The position numbers and the translations under genes are program-made. Shown one piece after another: positions 51,433 through 59,340 of a DNA stretch of 64,000 nucleotides. Each line of letters starts with the position of its first letter. Position 1 is the stretch's first letter. This DNA comes from an uncultured Acidobacteriota bacterium. Lineage in GTDB: Bacteria > Acidobacteriota > Thermoanaerobaculia > Multivoradales > JAHEKO01. The notes below the pieces were generated by a model, which saw only the letters and a list, made by a program, of their open reading frames with translations, ran no database searches and was not told the DNA's origin. The stretch lies in NCBI GenBank assembly GCA_963713825.1, contig CAVQNG010000003.1, positions 1,088,001 to 1,152,000 on the forward strand, given 5' to 3'.

Positions 51433-52845
51433 TCAAGTGCCTTTCAGACCGGCGAGCAGCCGTGGTGGAAGGTCGTCGAACTTGCCCGATGACATGGTGA
51501 CCAGCACGTCACCTGGACGGGCTTCCCCGAGGACCTTGGCCAGAAGCTCTTGATTGCTGGTCGTGCAGGTGGTCTCAACGCCCCGGTCCGAGAGCGTTGC
51601 CGCCAGCGCCTCGATATCGAGGCGCTCTTCGGAGCTCAGGCGCTGGGCGTGGAAGATCGGTGCCAGAAAAATGCGATCGGCGTCGCGGAAGGCGTCCAGA
51701 TAGGCCTCAAAGAAGAAGCTGCGCCCGGCCGTCAGGGAGCGGGGCTCGAACGCAACCACGATGCGACGCTCAGGGAATTGAGCACGCAGGGCCGCGATGG
51801 TCTTGCCGACTGCGGTCGGGTGGTGGGCGAAGTCGTCGATTACGGTGATTCCGGCGTGTGAGCCGACCTCATCCAGTCTCCGTTTGATGCCCTGAAAGCG
51901 GGCGAAGGCGTCTGCCACCGCGTGTGGGTCCAGCCCGTCCCGCCGTGCGACCGCCCAAACCGCCAGGAGATTGCAGACGTTGTGGAGGCCGCTCATCGGT
52001 AGGTGGAACTCGATCTCGCCGAACTCTGGGTCCTGCACGGCAAAGCGGCTACCCTCCGGGCCCGAGGTCACCGGTCCGGCAGGGCGAAGATCGTTGTGGT
52101 CTTCGAGGCCATAGAAGACAACTGGACAACGGGCCTTCGCTGCCACCTTTCGAACCTCGGGCGAATCGCCACAGGCCACGACGAGACCGTCCTCCGGTGG
52201 TAGTGCAACGTACGCTTCGTAGGCGGCGAGAAGCGATTCAGGATCCGGGTAGAGGTCGGCGTGGTCATACTCGACGCTGGTGAGGATGGCGGTTTCTGGC
52301 CGGTAGTGGAGGAACTTTGCACCACGGTCGAAGTAGGCGGCGTTGTACTCATCGCCCTCGATGATGAATCGTTGGCCGGTTCCCTGATGGAAGCTCCGAC
52401 CGAGATTGCGCGGCACTCCGCCAACCAGGAACCCGGGGTCTTCGCCGCAGGCTGTGTAGATCCAAGAGGCCATCGAAGTGGTCGTTGTCTTGCCGTGGGT
52501 GCCGGCGACGACCAGGGGCAGGCGCGGCATGAGGAAGAAGCGGCTCAGTGCCTGGGGCATGGAAATGCGTTCGATTCCCAGGCGCTCCGTCTCGAGTGCT
52601 TGTGGATTGTGCCGCGGCACGGCGTTTCCCACCACGACCAGGTCGGGAATCGGGTCGAGGTGAGCGATGTCGAAGCCCACCATGGGCTCGATACCCGCCG
52701 CGTTCAGCAGCGTGCTCATGGGAGGATAGAGGGGGTTGTCAGATCCCCGCACCTGATGACCCATCTCCTGGAGAAGACAGGCGAGGGGCGCCATCCCCGT
52801 TCCCCCGATGGCGATGAAGTGGATGTCGAGAGGTTGTTCGGTCAC
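51433..52845 (-). CDS. mpl: UDP-MurNAc:L-Ala-gamma-D-Glu-mDAP ligase (murein peptide ligase)
   Basis: IGGTGM..LA, GSD...YPPMS, GTHGKTTT, EGDEY..A.FD...KF.HY, DDFAHHPTA, FEPRS. Confidence 0.92.
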   Translation of the reverse strand: MTEQPLDIHFIAIGGTGMAPLACLLQEMGHQVRGSDNPLYPPMSTLLNAAGIEPMVGFDIAHLDPIPDLVVVGNAVPRHNPQALETERLGIERISMPQALSRFFLMPRLPLVVAGTHGKTTTTSMASWIYTACGEDPGFLVGGVPRNLGRSFHQGTGQRFIIEGDEYNAAYFDRGAKFLHYRPETAILTSVEYDHADLYPDPESLLAAYEAYVALPPEDGLVVACGDSPEVRKVAAKARCPVVFYGLEDHNDLRPAGPVTSGPEGSRFAVQDPEFGEIEFHLPMSGLHNVCNLLAVWAVARRDGLDPHAVADAFARFQGIKRRLDEVGSHAGITVIDDFAHHPTAVGKTIAALRAQFPERRIVVAFEPRSLTAGRSFFFEAYLDAFRDADRIFLAPIFHAQRLSSEERLDIEALAATLSDRGVETTCTTSNQELLAKVLGEARPGDVLVTMSSGKFDDLPPRLLAGLKGT

Positions 52846-53016
52846 GAGCGTTCGATCAAGAGGATGGCGCAGTATAGCATCGGAATTTGGCCCGCTGGGC
52901 GACCGTGGCAGCGGATGTGGAGTCCTGCCTTGGCCGCGGCCGGGGGCGGGTGTAGCATGGGCCCCCAGTTGCTTCCACCCCGAGGCTCACACCCAGGATC
53001 TACGAGGTATCGGAAC

Positions 53017-54039
53017 ATGCGATTTTCATCACTCGAGAAAACTTTGATTCCCATTCTTCTCGCGCTGCTTTGGATGACAGCGCTAGCGCCGGACAGGGCG
53101 GTGGCGCAGCCCGGTGCCGTATTTCCAGAGACGGTGATCGATGTCGGGGCCGTCAACAAGGGCGAGCGAGCCTCCTACGAGTTCACCATTCAGAACGAGG
53201 GCGACCAGACGCTCCAGATCACCCAGGTCAAGCCGAGTTGTGGCTGCACCGTTGCCGAGTACGACAAGACCATTCCACCAGGTGGGACGGGGAAAATCAC
53301 TGCGGTGGTCGATACCTCGAACTTCAAAGGGGCGATTGCCAAGTCCGTCAAGGTCTTTACCAACGACCCCATCAACCCCCAGATCAACCTGGTGATCAAG
53401 GCCATCATCAAGACCCATGTCGAGATCGAGCCCGGGTATGCACGGTTCATAGCGGTCCACGGCGAGCCCAATGCCAAGAGTGTTCAACGAGTGTGGTCGA
53501 AAGAGAAGCCCGATCTGAAGATTCTGGATGCCAAGTCACCCTACCCCCACGTCAAGGTCTCCTACGCCGAGGCGACGGTCGATGAGCGCGAGGGCGGGGT
53601 TTCGGGAAGCCAGTGGCGGGTCACCGTTGAGCTCGACACCGACGCCCCTGTCGGACCGATGGCTGATTACATCGACGTGACCACCGACCACCCGGAGCGC
53701 CAGACGATTCGAATTCCCGTCTCCGGCTTCGTGCGGCCGGTCCTTTCCGTGACTCCGCGGGTGGCCGACTTCGGTAGGCGGGAAGTCTCCGAGCCCCAGA
53801 CCGCCAGCCTCGAGATTCGCAACATGAGCAAGTCGGCCGTCGAGCTCGCCGAGGTTTCGACCGACATCGAGGGCATCCAGGCGGAGATCGAGCCACTCGA
53901 GGAAGGCAGGCTCTACAAGGTGTTGCTGACCCTCGAGCCCGGCATGAAGAAGGGTAGGTTCAGGGGCCTCGTCACCATCAACACCACCAGCAGCAAGCAG
54001 CCGGTGTTGGAAGTGAACGTGAAGGGCGTGGTTCTCTGA
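53017..54039 (+). CDS. DUF1573 domain (Ig-like repeats) secreted protein
   Basis: Signal peptide, FTIQNEG...L.I..VKPSCGCT, IPPGG.G.I, V.TNDP. The track ORF is over-extended into mpl. Confidence 0.85.
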   Translation: MRFSSLEKTLIPILLALLWMTALAPDRAVAQPGAVFPETVIDVGAVNKGERASYEFTIQNEGDQTLQITQVKPSCGCTVAEYDKTIPPGGTGKITAVVDTSNFKGAIAKSVKVFTNDPINPQINLVIKAIIKTHVEIEPGYARFIAVHGEPNAKSVQRVWSKEKPDLKILDAKSPYPHVKVSYAEATVDEREGGVSGSQWRVTVELDTDAPVGPMADYIDVTTDHPERQTIRIPVSGFVRPVLSVTPRVADFGRREVSEPQTASLEIRNMSKSAVELAEVSTDIEGIQAEIEPLEEGRLYKVLLTLEPGMKKGRFRGLVTINTTSSKQPVLEVNVKGVVL

Positions 54040-54042
54040 TTT

Positions 54043-54098
54043 GGGCGTAGGGGTGTAGGGGCGTAGGGGTGTAGGGGCGTAGGGTCTTGGGGTCGTGA
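54043..54098 (+). repeat. G-rich octamer tandem repeat (GGGYGTAG)5 plus degenerate units
   Basis: GGGCGTAG GGGTGTAG GGGCGTAG GGGTGTAG GGGCGTAG GGTCTTGG GGTCGTGA. Confidence 0.9.
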
Positions 54099-54110
54099 GG
54101 GCGAGATCGA

Positions 54111-54138
54111 TGTAGGGGCGGGGCTTGCCCCCGCCCGC
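54111..54138 (+). repeat. Single GTAG-type REP
   Basis: TGTAGGGGCGGGGCTTGCCCCCGCCCGC; matches the left half of 48239-48292 with compensatory A>C/T>G changes. Confidence 0.8.
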
Positions 54139-54178
54139 ACTGTCTCATGGCATCTGACACTGGACGTACAATAACCAC

Positions 54179-55006
54179 ATGACTGAAACCGCTATCAGCA
54201 TTCGGCGCTCCGGGGAGCGTGGTGTCGACGGCATGCGGCCCGTGCGCATCGAGCTTGGCCCGATGAAGTTCGCCGACGGCTCGGCCGTGATCGAAATGGG
54301 CGACACTCGGGTCCTCGTCGCCGCCACCCTCGAGAACAAGGTGCCACCCTTCTTGTCGGGAACGGACAAGGGCTGGGCAACGGCCGAATACGCCATGCTG
54401 CCGGCCGCAACCCCGTCGCGGTCGCGGCGGGAGGTCACCCGAGGCAAACCCTCGGGCCGCAGCTCCGAGATTCAGCGCCTGATCGGCCGCAGCCTTCGAT
54501 CGGTGCTCGACTTGAAGGCCCTTGCCGAGCACACCCTGACCATCGATTGCGACGTGTTGCAGGCGGATGGTGGAACCCGCACTGCCGCGATCACCGGTGC
54601 CTACGTGGCAGCGGGTCAGGCCCTGGGGCAAGCACTACTCCAGGGGGACCTGGCACGTTGGCCCTTTGTCGGACAGGTGGCGGCCATCTCGGTAGGCATC
54701 GTCGATGGAATCGCTCTGCTGGACCTCGATGCGCCCGAGGATCAGTCCGCTGAAGTGGACATGAACGTCGTGGCTACCGCCACTGGCGAGATCGTGGAAA
54801 TTCAGGGTACCGGTGAGCAGCGTAGCTTCCGACGGGATGAGATGGACCGGCTGGTGGATCTTGCCCTGCAGGGCATCGCAGATCTCGCAAGGTTCCAGGC
54901 CGAAGCGCTGGCACCGATCCTCGCAGCCCTCGACGATGCCGGTGACCGCAGCCATCGAAAGCCCGTCGTCCCGAAGGACGAGAAGGACCTCTGGGGCAGG
55001 CCCTGA
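54179..55006 (+). CDS. rph: Ribonuclease PH
   Basis: GWATAEYAMLP.AT..R..RE, EIQRLIGRSLR, DCDVLQADGGTRTA, DMNVV, EIQGT.E. Confidence 0.95.
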   Translation: MTETAISIRRSGERGVDGMRPVRIELGPMKFADGSAVIEMGDTRVLVAATLENKVPPFLSGTDKGWATAEYAMLPAATPSRSRREVTRGKPSGRSSEIQRLIGRSLRSVLDLKALAEHTLTIDCDVLQADGGTRTAAITGAYVAAGQALGQALLQGDLARWPFVGQVAAISVGIVDGIALLDLDAPEDQSAEVDMNVVATATGEIVEIQGTGEQRSFRRDEMDRLVDLALQGIADLARFQAEALAPILAALDDAGDRSHRKPVVPKDEKDLWGRP

Positions 55007-55070
55007 CCTGTCGCCCACCCGTCCTGGGGCTCGGGCCTTGGGTCCTGGGCAAGTGACTCTTCACAGAATA

Positions 55071-55649
55071 CTAAGGTGTTCGCTGGGCGACCAGATCCTC
55101 ATTGGCGAGCAGTAGCCGGGTCGTGTCCAGGTGACCTGCGAAGGTCGAGCGCTGTTCGCCGTTGCGGAGGAGGATCACCCCCTGGATCTCGGGCAGGTTG
55201 AGTAGCACGGTGTCCACGAGTCCATAGACCGCCAGCATCTCCTGCTTCGATCCCCAGGGAAGATTGGCGTTCTGTCCGGTGATGGCCAGGTCGATATAGG
55301 CGACTCCTTCGTCTGTGACCATCGCAGCCCCAAGACTGACTTCCGGCGGGAAGGCGGCGTAGAGGTCTTCGGCTTCTGGGCCCAGGAGGAAAGCCTCGAT
55401 CAAATTCGACAGCCGGTCCTCGAGAGTCTCCGTCGCCGGCAGAGCGCGTTGTTCCACCACAAGCTGGCCACCATTGCCCGGGAAGAAGAAATCGGCCAGC
55501 ACTTCATCCGCTTCCAGTTCGGGGGCCTCCGGTACGGCTATCTGGCCAGGCGTGGCCGCCTTGTCCCGCTGGGACCACCAAAGAACGACAATTCCGAGTG
55601 CGATCAACAGGACCACAGCCAGAAAGACCCCGGCTGTGCGCTGATTCAT
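55071..55649 (-). CDS. GerMN domain protein
   Basis: N-terminal TM, L..GP, AYIDL, GS..E.LAVY.LV.T, TFAGHLD. Confidence 0.85.
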   Translation of the reverse strand: MNQRTAGVFLAVVLLIALGIVVLWWSQRDKAATPGQIAVPEAPELEADEVLADFFFPGNGGQLVVEQRALPATETLEDRLSNLIEAFLLGPEAEDLYAAFPPEVSLGAAMVTDEGVAYIDLAITGQNANLPWGSKQEMLAVYGLVDTVLLNLPEIQGVILLRNGEQRSTFAGHLDTTRLLLANEDLVAQRTP

Positions 55650-57175
55650 GGCAGTGCCTCGTCCACAATGGCCTCGGATCCCATGACGGCGGCTCGATAC
55701 CGGATGACCGCCCGGACCAGGGCATCGATCAGCTGGGACCGATAGGCGGGATCGAGCAGCGCCTTTTCCTCACTCGGGTTGCTGACGAAGCCGCACTCCA
55801 CCAGCACAGCAGGCATGGAAGCGCCGATCAGCACCCGGAAGGGGGCCTGTTTGACACCGCGATTGTGGAGGCCGAGCGCATCATTGAGCTCGTTCTGAAC
55901 CAGCTTGGCAAGCTGTTGGCTTTGGGCCAGAAACTGGCTCTGTGCCAGATCCCAGAGGATCAACTGCAGGTCGTAGAGAGCGTCACCGTCATCGCCCGCG
56001 GCAGCCACGAGATTCTCGGTCTCGGCTGCTTGCGCCGCATATTCGTCGGTGGCCTCGAGACTCGAGAAATAGGTCTCGGCGCCGTTGGCGCTGGGCGACT
56101 GCACCGAATTCAGGTGCAATGAGATGAAGAGGTCCGCCTTCTGCTGGTTGGCGAGGGCCGTCCGGGTCTCTAACGGCAGCTCGGCATCCTCATTGCGAGT
56201 GAGAATCACTCGAACAGGCATCCTCTCCACGAGGCGGGCTCGTAAAGCCCGAGCCAAGGTCAGGGTCAGGTCCTTCTCCTGGGTCCCGCTCGGCCCAATC
56301 GCGCCCGTGTCCGAGCCCCCGTGGCCCGGGTCGATGACGATCGTCCGCACGCCAGAGCTGCGAGTCGGAGGCGTGGGATCGACGGTCGGTGCGGTCGCTG
56401 TAGGGGTTGTTCGATAGACATCGAACACCAGCCGGAAGGGATCCTGTAGCACGTAGTCCTCGGCCTCTGCGTCCTGGGCCAGGACGAGCCGAATCTCCTG
56501 TTGCCCGAGCTTGACGTCCCGCACCATCGGATCGGTCGGCAGCGACTTGACCATTTCCGGACTCACCCGGTCGCCGATCAACTCGACCTCGACGATATTG
56601 GCGGCCCGGTGGATGCGATACCTGGGCTCGAAGGGAAACTGCAGCACGACGGTGGTTACGCCCTGCAGGTGGACGATATCGACAGTGACCGGCACCTGGC
56701 GCTGCGGCTGCCGTCGTACCTTGAGGGTTCTTGCCGGGGCATCCCATTGAAAGTCGTAGCCCATCTTCTCGCCGTAGATGGTCTCGAAGAGATCGAGGGG
56801 TACCTTGAGTCCGTCTTCGGCCGGAACGGGAGCCTGCGTGAGAGGGTAGATCTCGCTTCCGACGGTCACCGCAGCGCTGCCTGGGCCGAAGACATACTTC
56901 GTTTCGCCGACGATCAGCTCATGAGCCTGGTACAGGGGCCCCAACTTCAGCTCGCCACCCAGCTGCACGACTACGGAATGCAAAGTGAAGACGGGGCCGA
57001 ACGCCGAGACGGAATAGCCCACCGGGACCTGGCGCCGACCCATGTCGAGGGTGGCAAGACCCGATTCGTACAGGGTCACGGGCTGGGGCACTTCGGCAGC
57101 GCGGGCCAGGCCGGGCAGCAGGGCACCGAGCAGGCCAAGACATAGCAGACCGGCTATGTATCGCAAGTCCCTCAC
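55646..57175 (-). CDS. N-acetylmuramoyl-L-alanine amidase (Amidase_3, AmiC-like)
   Basis: IDPGHGG.D.GA, EK, LTR, FISLHLN, GVKQAPFRVL, PAVLVECGF.SN; AMIN-like P.RLVFD. Confidence 0.92.
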   Translation of the reverse strand: MRDLRYIAGLLCLGLLGALLPGLARAAEVPQPVTLYESGLATLDMGRRQVPVGYSVSAFGPVFTLHSVVVQLGGELKLGPLYQAHELIVGETKYVFGPGSAAVTVGSEIYPLTQAPVPAEDGLKVPLDLFETIYGEKMGYDFQWDAPARTLKVRRQPQRQVPVTVDIVHLQGVTTVVLQFPFEPRYRIHRAANIVEVELIGDRVSPEMVKSLPTDPMVRDVKLGQQEIRLVLAQDAEAEDYVLQDPFRLVFDVYRTTPTATAPTVDPTPPTRSSGVRTIVIDPGHGGSDTGAIGPSGTQEKDLTLTLARALRARLVERMPVRVILTRNEDAELPLETRTALANQQKADLFISLHLNSVQSPSANGAETYFSSLEATDEYAAQAAETENLVAAAGDDGDALYDLQLILWDLAQSQFLAQSQQLAKLVQNELNDALGLHNRGVKQAPFRVLIGASMPAVLVECGFVSNPSEEKALLDPAYRSQLIDALVRAVIRYRAAVMGSEAIVDEALP

Positions 57176-57223
57176 GAGGTGGAGGATACCAGGGGGCGGA
57201 GGGATTGTAGAAGGATCTCAACG

Positions 57224-57252
57224 TTGCAGGGTTCGAGCGTTTTTGTTAGGTT
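57224..57252 (+). promoter_or_regulatory. Putative promoter of tRNA-Glu
   Basis: TTGCAG-17nt-TAGGTT with TG extension, 13 nt upstream of the tRNA. Confidence 0.45.
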
Positions 57253-57265
57253 AACCGCCCCTTGT

Positions 57266-57341
57266 GGCGCGTTCGTCTAGGGGTCTAGGACGCCGGCCTC
57301 TCACGCCGGTAACACGGGTTCGAATCCCGTACGCGCTACCA
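57266..57341 (+). tRNA. tRNA-Glu(CTC)
   Basis: Acceptor GGCGCGT/ACGCGCT, anticodon arm CCGGC-CT-CTC-AC-GCCGG, GTTCGAATC, CCA. Confidence 0.96.
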
Positions 57342-57421
57342 ACTCTCCCCCAGCCCAGCCACCCGCTTCGTTAGCAGCTTGTCCGGGCTTCGTACGCTTG
57401 CCCCCAGGCCCCCGCCTCCGC

Positions 57422-57470
57422 GTTCGAATCCCGTACGCGCTACCAAATCGACAGTCTTGAAGCGGCCGGC
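57422..57470 (+). repeat. Duplicated tRNA-Glu 3' end (att-like) plus first copy of a 28-bp direct repeat
   Basis: GTTCGAATCCCGTACGCGCTACCA is identical to 57318-57341; CCAAATCGACAGTCTTGAAGCGGCCGGC recurs at 58893-58920. Confidence 0.9.
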
Positions 57471-57726
57471 CACTGTGCCGGCCGTCGTCGTATCTGGGTA
57501 CCTCAGGCATCGACGACGCGATTGGTCTGAGCAGTAGATCCTATCGACGGAGATGCGGACGTCGGGTTGTGTTCCCGGATGGGCTACCGCCCACCAGCCC
57601 CTGCTGGACTAAACTAGGAACTGGCACATACATCTGGGGCGCCACCCCCGTGATCACGTGCCGCACGTTGACCGGGCACGCCAGGTACACCACGGCGCCG
57701 ACCCCGGAGAAGGGGTGTTTGAGCTC

Positions 57727-58677
57727 ATGTGGAACCTACCCCGAGGTCTTCTCGTGACCGGGGCCCTCCTCGCTTCCGGCGCCTCCGCAGGCCCCGGCGG
57801 CCCTCTCCTCCTCGTCGACTTCCCCCGATCCACCGAAGTCCTGCCCTGGTTCGTCGTCAACGACGACGTGATGGGGGGGCGATCCGAGGGGAGCCTTCGC
57901 CTCGAGGGCGACGCCGTGATCTTCACCGGCAGCACGAACACGAGAGGAGGCGGCTTCTCGTCGATTCGTTCGAGACCTCACTCCTTCGACCTGTCGGCCT
58001 ACGACGGCGTCCGTCTGCGCGCGCGAGGAGACGGACGAACGTATACCTTCCGGCTCACCACGTGGGACACCCGGGATCGGCGGAGGCGGCCGGCCTATTG
58101 GGCCGAGTTCGAGACCGGCGACGGCACCTGGGAGGAGATCGACGTCCCCTTTACGCGGTTCCGCCCTCGGTGGCGCGGGGCCACGCTCCCGGGGCCGGCC
58201 CTCGAGCCGGCGGCCATCGACAGCCTGGGGCTGATGATCAACGATGGGCAGGACGGGCCGTTCCGCTTGGAGGTGGCCTGGATCGCAGCCTATCGCGAGG
58301 TCGAGCCGTTCTCCCTGGGCGCCCTGCGATGGGAGAAGCGCCCCCTCCTGCTCTTCGGGGCCGGCGAGCGTGACCCGATCCTGCGGAAGCAGCTCGACGC
58401 CGTGGAGTCGGCCCGCGAAGGCTTCGACGAGCGCGACATGGTGCTGATCGTCGTCCTCGGTGAGGGACCCTCGCGGATCGAGGGACGCTCCCTGAGTCTC
58501 GAGGACGCCGAGCACCTCCGCGCGTCATTCGAGATCGGGAAGGACGAGTTCGCCTTGCGCCTCGTGGGCAAGGACGGGGGCGTGAAGCGCGCCAGCGACA
58601 CCGTGGTTGCCATGAGAGACATCTACGACCAGATCGATGCCATGCCCATGCGGCAGCAGGAGCTGCGCCGGCAGTAG
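57727..58677 (+). CDS. CIA30 (NDUFAF1-like) domain fused to DUF4174 domain
   Basis: W.VVND.VMGG.S, GGFSS.R, RGDGR.Y, GPF.LE; then LRWEKRPLL...LVGKDGGVK...IDAMPMRQQE. Confidence 0.88.
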   Translation: MWNLPRGLLVTGALLASGASAGPGGPLLLVDFPRSTEVLPWFVVNDDVMGGRSEGSLRLEGDAVIFTGSTNTRGGGFSSIRSRPHSFDLSAYDGVRLRARGDGRTYTFRLTTWDTRDRRRRPAYWAEFETGDGTWEEIDVPFTRFRPRWRGATLPGPALEPAAIDSLGLMINDGQDGPFRLEVAWIAAYREVEPFSLGALRWEKRPLLLFGAGERDPILRKQLDAVESAREGFDERDMVLIVVLGEGPSRIEGRSLSLEDAEHLRASFEIGKDEFALRLVGKDGGVKRASDTVVAMRDIYDQIDAMPMRQQELRRQ

Positions 58678-58864
58678 GTCGAAGAGTCAGCCAATCCCGG
58701 CGATCGATCTGGCCGGACTGTCAGGTGACGAAGGCAAACCGGCCTCGATCGCGAGTGCTTCGCGGAGTAGTCTGTCGGTCGGTCCAGGGCGGGAAATCGC
58801 GACCTCCGAGGGTCAGAGAACGGCTGTTCTCAGAGCCTCGAAAGCGGTGAGCTGGGCGAGAAGA

Positions 58865-58920
58865 GGGTTCGAAGTTGGCACCAAACGGGCTGCCAAATCG
58901 ACAGTCTTGAAGCGGCCGGC
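58865..58920 (+). repeat. Degenerate att-like tRNA-Glu 3' copy plus second copy of the 28-bp direct repeat
   Basis: GGGTTCGAA...GCTGCCA followed by AATCGACAGTCTTGAAGCGGCCGGC. Confidence 0.8.
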
Positions 58921-58927
58921 AGAGGCG

Positions 58928-59210
58928 TGTTCAGCCTCAGGACATAGGTAACACTTTGGCCTCAACACATCGGTAACACTTTTCGAGTGGCATGCTCTGC
59001 CTTCAGCAAAGGAGGTGGGGATGCCGTGGAAGGAGACCGATGTGCGGAGCGAGCGGATCCGTTTCGTAGTGGAAGCGGCGGGTGGCCAGGAGACGATGCG
59101 CGCCTTGTGTGAGCGTTTTGGCATCAGTCGCAAGACCGGCTATAAGTGGTTGCGACGCTGGGAGCAGGTGGGGTCGTTGGGAGCCTTGGACGAGCATTCC
59201 CGCCGGCTGA
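58928..59210 (+). mobile_element. IS481-family left end and truncated transposase (HTH only)
   Basis: TGT start, tandem GCCTCA..ACAT.GGTAACACTTT repeats, GGAGG RBS, MPWKETDV...LCERFGISRKTGYKWLRR...SRR from 59021; no DDE domain. Confidence 0.85.
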
Positions 59211-59340
59211 CCAGGTTTCCGAGCGCCGCGAGCTGGATGCGATCGTGGAAACTGGTCTGGACAATCAAAGGTCGGATTCGTCACTTTGACGTGGCGGGAG
59301 TGAGCGATGATACGAACTCTGCAGGCAGAAGGAGGTCCTA

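Noticed and set aside
55020-55050. Heptamer-like GTCCTGG/GCCTTGG repeats after rph
   Set aside because: Only 3-4 degenerate units; too weak to call.
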